Of a stretch of DNA of 64,000 nucleotides, positions 54,609 to 63,476 are shown piece by piece; within the stretch, counting starts at the first letter, position 1; each line of letters starts with the position of its first letter. The position numbers were made by a program, and so were the translations under genes. The notes under the pieces are model-generated. The model was not told where the DNA came from. It was given only the letters and a program-made list of their open reading frames with translations, and did no database searches. The stretch is taken from positions 28,717-92,716 of the forward strand of contig JAUSGE010000014.1 in assembly GCA_030649205.1 (NCBI GenBank), in the 5' to 3' direction. This DNA comes from a bacterium. GTDB lineage: Bacteria > Patescibacteriota > Patescibacteriia > Patescibacteriales > GWC2-42-12.

Positions 54609-56042
54609 ATGTTTAGCAAAAAAAATAAAATTTTATTCATAATTCACGATGTCTATCAAGAAGATAATCAATTGCCTCTGGGGTCGGCTTATTTAGCGGC
54701 AGCTTTAAATCAAAATGGAGCTTCCATTGAGGCTTACTGTATGGATGTTTTTCATTATACTAATAAAGAATTGGCCAAGCATTTAGAGGAAAACGAATAC
54801 GATTTAATCGGTTTGGGATTTTTGGCGGCCAGGTTTAATGAAACTGTTGTTGATTTGTGTAAAACCGTGAACGCCCATAAAAAAACCGCTTGGTTTATAT
54901 TAGGCGGGCAAGGGCCTTCCCCGATCCCCGAATATATTTTAAGAACGACCGGGGCCGATATAGTGGCGATCGGCGAAGCTGAAAATACCATCGTTGATTT
55001 GTTAAATTGTAAAATTAACAATGGCGATTTATCCCAGGTGAAAGGCATTGCTTATTTAAACAATGGCGAATTCCAATACACCGGACAGAACAAACTAATT
55101 ATCAAATTAGACGAAATTCCTTTTCCGCTTTGGGAGATATTTCCCATGCATAAATACACAAGCTGTTTCAATTTATTTAATCAGTTGCCCGAGGAAAAAA
55201 GTTTTTTGATTGCCACCAGCCGTGGTTGCACAAATCGCTGTAATTTTTGCTATCGCATGGAAAAAGGGATAAGGTTAAGAAGTATTGATAATATTATTGC
55301 GGAAATAAAGATTTTATTTTCACGATATGGCGTTAATTGCCATGCTTTTATCGACGATTTATTTGTTTTTAGCAAACAGCGTCTGCGGGAATTTGAACAA
55401 GCCCTGGCTCAGTCCGGGTTAAAAATAAAATTTAATTGTAATGCGCGAGTAGATATTATTGATAAAGAAATGGTAGAAATATTAAAAAGATGCGGTTGCC
55501 AATTTATTAATTTTGGCTTTGAATCATCCAGCAATGAAGTGCTTAAATTGATGCATAAAAATGCTACCGCCGAACAAAATATCAGAGCCTTGGAACTTGT
55601 TAAAGCAGACGGCGGCATCGGCATGGGTCTTAATTTTCTTTGGAATAATTTAGGCGACAATGAGGCGACTTTAAGGAAAAATGTTGAACTTATAAAAAAA
55701 TATAATACTTATTATCAATTGCGCACTATCCGGCCCGTAACTCCTTACCCCGGTTCTGACTTATATTATCAATTAATCAAGATGGGAAAACTAAAGGGGC
55801 CGGATGATTTTTTTAAAAAATTTAAGAATTCGGATTTAATGCTGGTAAATTTAATGGATATTCCGGATCATAAAGTTTACGAATTATTGCTGGAAGTAAA
55901 TTCTGATTTAATTTTAGACCATTATTCGCATACGGATGGCGATAGGGAAGAGGCGAAGCGTTTGATTCAGCAATTTTCAGATTTATATGCCGGCAAAACC
56001 GTTAAATTCCGCGGCGCCAGGCATTATGTAAAGAAAAATTAA
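54609..56042 (+). CDS. B12-binding domain radical SAM protein (class B)
   Basis: ATSRGCTNRCNFCYR (Cx3Cx2C); N-terminal B12-like domain. Confidence 0.85.
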   Translation: MFSKKNKILFIIHDVYQEDNQLPLGSAYLAAALNQNGASIEAYCMDVFHYTNKELAKHLEENEYDLIGLGFLAARFNETVVDLCKTVNAHKKTAWFILGGQGPSPIPEYILRTTGADIVAIGEAENTIVDLLNCKINNGDLSQVKGIAYLNNGEFQYTGQNKLIIKLDEIPFPLWEIFPMHKYTSCFNLFNQLPEEKSFLIATSRGCTNRCNFCYRMEKGIRLRSIDNIIAEIKILFSRYGVNCHAFIDDLFVFSKQRLREFEQALAQSGLKIKFNCNARVDIIDKEMVEILKRCGCQFINFGFESSSNEVLKLMHKNATAEQNIRALELVKADGGIGMGLNFLWNNLGDNEATLRKNVELIKKYNTYYQLRTIRPVTPYPGSDLYYQLIKMGKLKGPDDFFKKFKNSDLMLVNLMDIPDHKVYELLLEVNSDLILDHYSHTDGDREEAKRLIQQFSDLYAGKTVKFRGARHYVKKN

Positions 56043-56153
56043 TTAAAAATCTATTTGTTAAAATAATGAAAAATATCAGATGGCAAAAGCAAGCCGGCGA
56101 GTGGAAAATGAAATATCAAGCCGTTTAAAGTTAATAAATTAAGTTAATAAAAT

Positions 56154-56879
56154 ATGGGGAATGTTTGTCTTATTCCGGCCAGAAGCGGTTCAAAAAGAAT
56201 TCCTAAAAAAAATATTAAATTATTAAACGGCAAGCCTTTAATTGCTTATGCAATCAGTGCCGCCTTAAAATCAAAATTAGTTGACAGGGTTATTGTTTCA
56301 ACCGACAGCGAAGAAATTGCCGAAATCGCTAAACATTATAAGGCAGAGGTGCCTTTTATAAGGCCAGCGGAATTAGCTCAAGATGATACGCCGACATTAC
56401 CCGTTTTACAGCATGCAGTAACATATTTAGAAAAAAATGAAAAGTATAAAGCGGATTTAATAATTGTGCTTCAACCAACCGCTCCCTTGGCGCTAGCCGA
56501 AGATATAGATGATGCGATAACAAAAATAACACAGATGAAAACAAATTCCTGCGTCAGTACATGTGAAATCAGCGAAAGGCCGGAATGGATGTATGTTTTT
56601 AATAATGACGAATTAAAACCGTTTCTAGACAAAATACCTCAAGAAAAACGTTTTCGGCGCAGTCAAACTTTGTCTAAAATTTTCAGATTAAATGGTGCGG
56701 TGTGCGTTGTCAGGGGAAATACCTTAATGAAACATAATAAAATAATAGACGAAAATAGTTTATCGGCGATAATTATGCCGCAGGAACGCTCCGTTGACAT
56801 AGATAAATTAATAGACTTTAAGTTAGCGGAATTCTTGTTAAAAGAATTTTATGGAAAGAACAATCAAAATAGAAAATAA
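56154..56879 (+). CDS. acylneuraminate (nonulosonic acid) cytidylyltransferase, NeuA/LegF/PseF-like
   Basis: CLIPARSGSKRIPKKNIKLLNGKPLIAYAI is the CTP_transf_3 signature of CMP-sialic-acid-type synthetases. Confidence 0.8.
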   Translation: MGNVCLIPARSGSKRIPKKNIKLLNGKPLIAYAISAALKSKLVDRVIVSTDSEEIAEIAKHYKAEVPFIRPAELAQDDTPTLPVLQHAVTYLEKNEKYKADLIIVLQPTAPLALAEDIDDAITKITQMKTNSCVSTCEISERPEWMYVFNNDELKPFLDKIPQEKRFRRSQTLSKIFRLNGAVCVVRGNTLMKHNKIIDENSLSAIIMPQERSVDIDKLIDFKLAEFLLKEFYGKNNQNRK

Positions 56880-57963
56880 GTTATCCGGCCTTGAGCAACC
56901 GGTATTTATTATTGCCGAAGCCGGGGTTAATCATAATGGCCGTTTAGCTTTGGCGCTTAAACTGGTTGACGTGGCCGCTGACGCCGGAGCTGATGCCGTA
57001 AAATTTCAAACTTTTCGCGCGGAACAAGTTACCATAGCTTCTGGAAAAATGGCGGAGTATCAGAAAAGAAATCTCGGTAAAACAGAAAGTCAACTAGCGA
57101 TGCTTAAGAGACTGGAATTAAAAGAAAAATATTACCCAGCGCTTATTAAAAGAGCCAAGGAGCGAAAAATTATTTTTCTTTCATCGCCACACGGCGGTTT
57201 TGAATCAGTTGATTTTTTAAAGAAACTGAAAATTTCGGCATTTAAATTCGGTTCAGGGGATTTAACTAATTTGCCATTATTGGGATATGCGGCCAAATTT
57301 AAAAAACCAATGATCATTAGTACCGGTATGGGTAATTTACAGGAGATAAAAGAGGCGGTAGCGGCTATTAAAAAGGCCGGTAATAATAAGATTGCGATTT
57401 TACATTGTACCACAAATTATCCAACCGCCTTGAATAAGGTTAATTTATTGGCGATGAAAACAATAGAAAAAGAGTTTGGTTTGCCGGTAGGTTATTCCGA
57501 TCATACTATAGGCATAAAAGTTTCCGTAGCGGCTGTGGCTTTAGGCGCGCGGATCATTGAAAAACATTTTACTTTAGATAAAACTCTTACGGGGCCAGAC
57601 CACAAAGCTTCTTTGGATCCAGCAGAGTTAAAAGAATTAATTAAACAGATAAGAATAACGGAAAAAAGATTAGCCAGCGGCGAAAACTCAAAAAATTTAA
57701 TAAAAGAATTGAATGTTCAAAAAGCGCTGGGCGACGGCATTAAAAAACCAGTTTCCAGTGAATTAATAGCGGCGAAAATTGGCAGGAAAAGCCTAGTGGC
57801 GAGGTTCAATATTCCTAAAGAAACTAAAATTACCGGCGAAATGTTAGATATAAAAAGGCCGGGAACCGGGATTGAGCCTAAATATTTTAAAATGGTTATT
57901 GGTAAAATAGCCAGCAAAGATATAGCCAGAGATGCTTTAATTACATTTAAAGATTTAAAATGA
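56851..57963 (+). CDS. N-acetylneuraminate-type synthase (NeuB/LegI/PseI family) with C-terminal SAF domain
   Basis: PVFIIAEAGVNHNGRLALALKLVDVAADAGADAVKFQTF is the near-canonical NeuB N-terminus; HCTTNYP...SDHT; antifreeze-like SAF C-terminal domain. Confidence 0.85.
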   Translation: MERTIKIENKLSGLEQPVFIIAEAGVNHNGRLALALKLVDVAADAGADAVKFQTFRAEQVTIASGKMAEYQKRNLGKTESQLAMLKRLELKEKYYPALIKRAKERKIIFLSSPHGGFESVDFLKKLKISAFKFGSGDLTNLPLLGYAAKFKKPMIISTGMGNLQEIKEAVAAIKKAGNNKIAILHCTTNYPTALNKVNLLAMKTIEKEFGLPVGYSDHTIGIKVSVAAVALGARIIEKHFTLDKTLTGPDHKASLDPAELKELIKQIRITEKRLASGENSKNLIKELNVQKALGDGIKKPVSSELIAAKIGRKSLVARFNIPKETKITGEMLDIKRPGTGIEPKYFKMVIGKIASKDIARDALITFKDLK

Positions 57964-58928
57964 AAATTAAAGATGAAAAAATGAAATATATAAAAGAGAA
58001 AGTTTTAGTGACTGGCGCCGCCGGTTTCGTCGGCTCCCATCTTTGCGAGGCATTAATTAACGACGGATATGAAGTTATCGCGTTAGTCCATAATAAAAAA
58101 GAAATTGGCCGGCTGAAGAATGTCCAGAGATTAAGAGCAATCAAAGGAGATATAGAAAATTTTATTGAAATTTTTAAAATTTTAAAAAAGAATAAGCCAT
58201 CAGGTGTATTTCATCTAGCCGCCATTCAACCATCCAAGCTAAATAATGATCCAGCTGCTTTTTTTGAAGCAAATGTCGGAGGAACTTTTAATATTTTGGA
58301 TGCCAGCCGTCGTCTAAATATTAAGAAAATAATTTACAGTTCCTCAATGAGTGTTTACGGGAGCGTTTATGAAAGAAAAATAAATAATCTTCCGGTAGGA
58401 GAGGATTGCCCGACAGATCCTTATGACTTTTATAGTTTAACCAAGCTAATGGGCGAGGAATTTTGCCGATTTTATGCCAGACAATTTAATTTAAATATTA
58501 TTGTTTTAAGATATTCGGGTATTTTTGGCCCAAGAAAAAAGGGCGGGGCAGTAACCGGTTTTATTAAAAATGCTTTTGCTGGCCAGCCTATAAAAATTTT
58601 AAATAATATAAATTGGGACATTATTCATGTTAAAGACGTTGTAAAGGCTAATATGGCAGCTTTTAAAAAATCGGCTCAAATGCGATTTGAAATAATAAAC
58701 ATCGGAAGCGGCCAAGAGATAAATATAAAAGAGTTGGCTAAAAGTATTTTAGAAATTAGCGGGTCAAAGTCAAAAATTGAATTGGATAAAAATTTATTTT
58801 TATCAAAACCATTGCGTTTTTATTATAATATTACCAAAGCTAAAAAATTGTTGAAATTCAAGCCGATGTCGGCGAAACAAGGCGTGCGGCAATATATTAA
58901 GGAAATTAATAATAATTTTAAAAAATGA
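57960..58928 (+). CDS. NAD-dependent epimerase/dehydratase (SDR)
   Basis: VTGAAGFVGSHLCEAL; YSLTKLMGE (YxxxK). Confidence 0.75.
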   Translation: MKIKDEKMKYIKEKVLVTGAAGFVGSHLCEALINDGYEVIALVHNKKEIGRLKNVQRLRAIKGDIENFIEIFKILKKNKPSGVFHLAAIQPSKLNNDPAAFFEANVGGTFNILDASRRLNIKKIIYSSSMSVYGSVYERKINNLPVGEDCPTDPYDFYSLTKLMGEEFCRFYARQFNLNIIVLRYSGIFGPRKKGGAVTGFIKNAFAGQPIKILNNINWDIIHVKDVVKANMAAFKKSAQMRFEIINIGSGQEINIKELAKSILEISGSKSKIELDKNLFLSKPLRFYYNITKAKKLLKFKPMSAKQGVRQYIKEINNNFKK

Positions 58929-59623
58929 TTTTATCCGGGCATCAGCCAGAGTATCTGCCTTATCTTGGGTTTATTCATAAGATCGCCAAAGCCGGCCAAT
59001 TTATTTTAGTCGACCATGTTCAATATCTTGAAAAAAGTTTTCAAAACAGCAATAGAATCAGAACGGCTCCGGGTCAGGAGGGCTTTACCTGGCTGATAGT
59101 GCCGGTTAAGAGCCATGGCAGAAGATATCAGAAAATAAATGAAGTGGAAATAGATAACTCCGTCGCTTGGGGGAAAAAGCATTGGAAAACTATTTATTTA
59201 AATTATAAGAAAGCCCCCTTTTTTGATAATTACCAAGAATTTTTTGAAAAATTATATTTAAAAAAATGGGACAAGCTAGTTGATTTAAATGAAACAATCA
59301 TTTATTATTTAGTGGAAAAGCTGGGCGTTAAAACGCCGATTGTCAGAAGCTCCGATTATGATTTTAAAGAGAAAAAAAATGATTTGCTGATAGAAATGTG
59401 TAAAAAATTAAAAGCTGGCGCCTATTTGTCCGGCCAGGGAGCAAAATGCTACGTTGATGAAGAAAAGTTTAAAAAAAATGGTTTAAATCATATATTTTCC
59501 GATTTTAAACATCCGACTTATCTCCAAAGATTTAAGCCTTTTGCAGCCAATCTTTCCGTGATTGATTTATTATTCAATTGCGGCCCGGAAAGTTTAAATA
59601 TAATTCTAAATAATAAACACTAA
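58925..59623 (+). CDS. WbqC-like family protein
   Basis: N-terminal ILSGHQPEYLPYLGFIHKIAKA matches the conserved WbqC-like (PF08889) start; 232 aa. Confidence 0.6.
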   Translation: MILSGHQPEYLPYLGFIHKIAKAGQFILVDHVQYLEKSFQNSNRIRTAPGQEGFTWLIVPVKSHGRRYQKINEVEIDNSVAWGKKHWKTIYLNYKKAPFFDNYQEFFEKLYLKKWDKLVDLNETIIYYLVEKLGVKTPIVRSSDYDFKEKKNDLLIEMCKKLKAGAYLSGQGAKCYVDEEKFKKNGLNHIFSDFKHPTYLQRFKPFAANLSVIDLLFNCGPESLNIILNNKH

Positions 59624-59624
59624 T

Positions 59625-60725
59625 ATGATTCCTTTAGCTAGGCCGACTTTACCAAAGTTTAGTTCCATTGAAAAAAAATTAAAGGGAATTTTTAAAAGCG
59701 GCATGCTCACTGACTCAAAGTATGTTGGTGAATTTGAACAGAGATGCGCTGATTTTTTAGGGGTGGAAAATGTCGCGGCCGTGTCTAGCGGAACGGCGGC
59801 GCTAACTTTAATATTAAAATGTCTGAAGTTAAAAGGCGAAGTTATTCTGCCGAGTTTTACTTTTACTTCCGGAGTTAATGCTTTATTTTGGTGTGGTTTG
59901 ACCCCGGTTTTCGCGGATATTAACCCTAAAACTTTTAATATTGATCCGGCCTCAATTCAAAAAAAAATAACTAAAAAAACCGCGGCTATTTTGGCGACGC
60001 ATGTTTTTGGCAATCCATGCGAGATAGAAAAAATTGAGAAAATCGCTAAAAAAAATAATTTAAAAGTTATTTATGACGCCGCCCATGCTTTCGGGTCAAC
60101 CTACAAAGGGAAATCGGTATTTTGTTTTGGCGACGCTTCTATTGTTAGCTTTACTCCAACTAAAGTAATTACTACGGCCGAGGGCGGATTAGCGGTGGTA
60201 AAAGATAAAAATTTTTCCAGAATTTTAAAATTAGGCAGGAATAATGGCGACAGTTTCAACAGGGCGGAAGAGTTTTTGGGAATTACCGCCAGAATGAACG
60301 AATTTAGCGCTATTTTAGGAATTGAAGGATTGAAAATATTTAATATAAATTTAAAAAGAAGGCTAAGAATAATAAATTTATATAAAAAAGAATTGGCCCA
60401 GGTTAACGGCGTATCTTTACAAAAACTAGAGCATGATTCCTTCTCGGTATATAAAGATTTTACTATTTTGGTGGATGAAAAAAAATTCGGCATGTCCAGA
60501 GATGATTTATTACAGAAGTTATTAAAGGATAAAATTCAGACCAAAACATATTTTTATCCCCCGCTTCACCAAAAGATAACCTGTTCAAAATTGCGTAAAT
60601 CACTTTTGCCAGAGACTGAGAACATCAGTTCGCGCATTATGAGTCTGCCGCTTTATTCCCATATGCCGGAAAAATACGTTCAGCAAGTTTGCACGTTGAT
60701 TAAAAAATCTTATGTCAAAAAATAA
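59625..60725 (+). CDS. DegT/DnrJ/EryC1-family sugar aminotransferase
   Basis: VSSGTAALTLILKCL...SFTPTKVITTAEGG. Confidence 0.8.
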   Translation: MIPLARPTLPKFSSIEKKLKGIFKSGMLTDSKYVGEFEQRCADFLGVENVAAVSSGTAALTLILKCLKLKGEVILPSFTFTSGVNALFWCGLTPVFADINPKTFNIDPASIQKKITKKTAAILATHVFGNPCEIEKIEKIAKKNNLKVIYDAAHAFGSTYKGKSVFCFGDASIVSFTPTKVITTAEGGLAVVKDKNFSRILKLGRNNGDSFNRAEEFLGITARMNEFSAILGIEGLKIFNINLKRRLRIINLYKKELAQVNGVSLQKLEHDSFSVYKDFTILVDEKKFGMSRDDLLQKLLKDKIQTKTYFYPPLHQKITCSKLRKSLLPETENISSRIMSLPLYSHMPEKYVQQVCTLIKKSYVKK

Positions 60726-61890
60726 ACCAAAAAAAATAATGAAAGTAGCGGTTGTAACCGGCACCAGGGCGGAATACGGAATTTTAAAGCCATTATTAAA
60801 AAAAATTAAAAATTTTTCTGGTTTTAAATTAGAGTTAATGATTACGGGTATACATTTATTAAAGCGATATGGTCTGACGATCGGAGAAATTAAAAAAGAT
60901 GGTTTTAAAACGGATGAGAGAGTTGTTATGTATGAAAAAAACGAGGAAGCAAGTTGTTACTACGGAGAGGCATTGGGAAAGGGAATAAAAAATTTTACGA
61001 AGATGTTTTTAAAAATTAAGCCCGATCTTTTAATAGTGCTCGGCGATCGACTGGAGCCTTTGGCTGCGACCCTGTCTGCGGCGAATTTAATAATTCCCAT
61101 CATCCATATTCATGGCGGAGAAAAAACCAACAGCGGCTGTATTGATGAAAGTATCAGGCACGCCATCACCAGATTTGCTCATATTCATCTGGTATCAACA
61201 GAACAGAGTAAACAAAGGCTCATAAAAATGGGCGAAGAGCCGTGGCGGATATTCAGGGTGGGCGCGCTGGGACAAGAAAGCTTTTTGAATTCCCCTAAGA
61301 TAAAGAGGGAGGTTCTTTTTGGTAAATTTCGGCTGGACAGCAAGCAGAAGCTTATTCTTTGCCTGTTTAATCCGGTTATTTTTGAAGCGGATAAAATGGG
61401 AAGGCATATGCGGGAAATATTGAAAGCGCTTGAAGAGTTAAAAATTCAAAGCATTATTATTTATCCGAACAACGACATTGGCGGCAAGGATATCATAAAA
61501 GAAATAGATAAGCACAAGAATTCGCCGTTTATAAAAATTTACCCCAACCTGAACCATGAAGATTATGTTAGTTTATTAAAACAGGCCAATGTTTTAATAG
61601 GAAATTCCAGTTCCGGCATCATTGAGGCGCCATCTATTAAATTACCAGTGGTGAATATCGGTTTAAGAAATACCGGGCGGGAGCACGCGGAGAATATTAT
61701 ATTCGCGGATCCGGCTAAAAATGATATTATAGAGGCGATTAAAAAAACGCTTTATGACAAAAAATTCAGGAAAAAATTGAAGACATGCAAAAATCCTTAC
61801 GGAGATACAAAAACAGTTGAAAAAATTATTAATATTTTAAATAAAATAAAAATTAATAAAAAGCTGCTTACCAAGTATCTTACTTATTGA
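60712..61890 (+). CDS. UDP-N-acetylglucosamine 2-epimerase, hydrolysing type (NeuC/LegG-like); alternative start ATG 60739
   Basis: MKVAVVTGTRAEYGILKPLL...DRLEPLAATLSAANLIIPIIHIHGGEKT are canonical NeuC motifs. Confidence 0.8.
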   Translation: MSKNKPKKIMKVAVVTGTRAEYGILKPLLKKIKNFSGFKLELMITGIHLLKRYGLTIGEIKKDGFKTDERVVMYEKNEEASCYYGEALGKGIKNFTKMFLKIKPDLLIVLGDRLEPLAATLSAANLIIPIIHIHGGEKTNSGCIDESIRHAITRFAHIHLVSTEQSKQRLIKMGEEPWRIFRVGALGQESFLNSPKIKREVLFGKFRLDSKQKLILCLFNPVIFEADKMGRHMREILKALEELKIQSIIIYPNNDIGGKDIIKEIDKHKNSPFIKIYPNLNHEDYVSLLKQANVLIGNSSSGIIEAPSIKLPVVNIGLRNTGREHAENIIFADPAKNDIIEAIKKTLYDKKFRKKLKTCKNPYGDTKTVEKIINILNKIKINKKLLTKYLTY

Positions 61891-63326
61891 TAAATTTTAT
61901 GAATGATTGTATACTAGCTTATCCAATTCCGACGGCTGATAGTCCGGTTAAAGGTTCGGCTCTTTCTATTTTTTATCCGGGAGCTATGCTGGAACAAAAC
62001 GGCCTTAAGGTTGAGTATTTCGACGAACGATTTGACAAGTTTGATGACCTTCTGTTTTTATTAAAGGAAAATCCGGTTTGCGTCGGCGTGTCTTCAATGA
62101 CTGGTTATCAATTGATTAGAAGCAAGCGAATATTGGAAACGGTGAAGAAAGTAAATCCGAACATTTATACGATCTTCGGCGGCGCCCATCCTTCATTGCT
62201 TCCCGCGCAGTGCATTAAAGAAGATTTTGTGGATTTTGTGGTTGTTGGAGAAGGCGAAAAAACACTGCTGGAATTGGTAATGGCTTTAAAGAACGGAGGC
62301 AATTTAAGCAAAGTGGACGGTATTTTTTGGAAAAACAAAGGAAAAATTATCGCTAATAAGCATAGAGAGTTCATGGATCCCACGGAGTGGCCGTTCCCCC
62401 TGACCCCAAAAAATAGAAAATATTTTAAGATCGCCGCTAACAGGGGGGAGCTGATGTTCCCGGCAAGTCGAGGTTGTCCGTATAATTGCAATTTTTGTTA
62501 TAATCAAACATTTAACCGCCGCAGTTGGCGGCCGATGCCGCTTGATAAATTTGAAAAAGAGTTGGGGATTTTTTTGCGGGAATTCAAAATTAAAAACGCG
62601 TATATAAACGACGACAATATTGGTTCAAATAAGGCCAGAATAAAGAAAATAGCCGAAATTATAAAAAGATTCGGAATCACCTGGAGCACGAGTATAAGAT
62701 GCAGCGATATGGACGAAGAAACCGCGAGAGTGTTTGAGGAAAGCGGCTGCCACGAGCTGCTCCTGGGCGTTGAATCCGGCTCGGACAGAGTTCTTAACGA
62801 AGTGGTCAACAAAATGTATCCTAAAGGCAGTGAAGATATCCGCAACTGCGCCAGAATTTTAAGTAAGACAAAGATCCGCGGGAGATATAACTTTATAGCA
62901 GGCCTGCCCAGCGAAACAGCGGAAGAAACACATAAAAGCATGGATTTAGCCGATTGGATCTGGCGAACCGATCAGAACGCTAAAATTGCTTTTGCCGCCT
63001 TTTCTCCTTACCCCGGCAGCAAACTTTATCAAGAAGCGCTGAAAGCCGGTTTTAAAGAGCCCCAGGATTTTTCAGGTTGGAGCAAAATGTCCTTAAGCAA
63101 TGAAGTCAATCCCATAGCCAGTAATCTTTATTATATAGCTGGATTGAAATTCAGGGAGAAAAAAGGGGATTCAACCAATAGAAATTTTTCCGGGTTGAAA
63201 AGATTGATAATTTATCCTTTTGAAATTTCAGCGCGGCTTCGCTGGAAATACAGATTTTTAAAATATTACGAATTAGAAAAATTCATAATAAAGATGTTGT
63301 TTATTTGGGCTAGTAAAAGAACTTGA
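61887..63326 (+). CDS. B12-binding domain radical SAM protein (class B)
   Basis: GGAHPSLLP; ASRGCPYNCNFCYNQ (Cx3Cx2C). Confidence 0.85.
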   Translation: MINFMNDCILAYPIPTADSPVKGSALSIFYPGAMLEQNGLKVEYFDERFDKFDDLLFLLKENPVCVGVSSMTGYQLIRSKRILETVKKVNPNIYTIFGGAHPSLLPAQCIKEDFVDFVVVGEGEKTLLELVMALKNGGNLSKVDGIFWKNKGKIIANKHREFMDPTEWPFPLTPKNRKYFKIAANRGELMFPASRGCPYNCNFCYNQTFNRRSWRPMPLDKFEKELGIFLREFKIKNAYINDDNIGSNKARIKKIAEIIKRFGITWSTSIRCSDMDEETARVFEESGCHELLLGVESGSDRVLNEVVNKMYPKGSEDIRNCARILSKTKIRGRYNFIAGLPSETAEETHKSMDLADWIWRTDQNAKIAFAAFSPYPGSKLYQEALKAGFKEPQDFSGWSKMSLSNEVNPIASNLYYIAGLKFREKKGDSTNRNFSGLKRLIIYPFEISARLRWKYRFLKYYELEKFIIKMLFIWASKRT

Positions 63327-63383
63327 TCAAAAGCACATAATTTTAAATTAATTTATTATGGTTATAAAAATTAGTATGGAAGT

Positions 63384-63412
63384 TTGAAAATTGGCGAAAA
63401 AATTGTTAGAAT
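63384..63412 (+). promoter_or_regulatory. near-consensus sigma70-type promoter (TTGAAA-17 nt-TAGAAT) upstream of the terminal radical SAM gene
   Basis: ttgaaa 63384-63389, 17 nt spacer, tagaat 63407-63412; AT-rich 150 bp intergenic region. Confidence 0.45.
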
Positions 63413-63476
63413 ATTAAATAGAGTAAAAATAGATAAAAAATTATTACAAAAAAGATAATTTATTATAATAAAATTT

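Noticed and set aside
56066-56128. 20-codon ORF (MKNIRWQKQAGEWKMKYQAV) in the 110 bp spacer before the NeuA-like gene
   Set aside because: Too short, with no RBS-like context or conservation evidence; more likely untranslated spacer.
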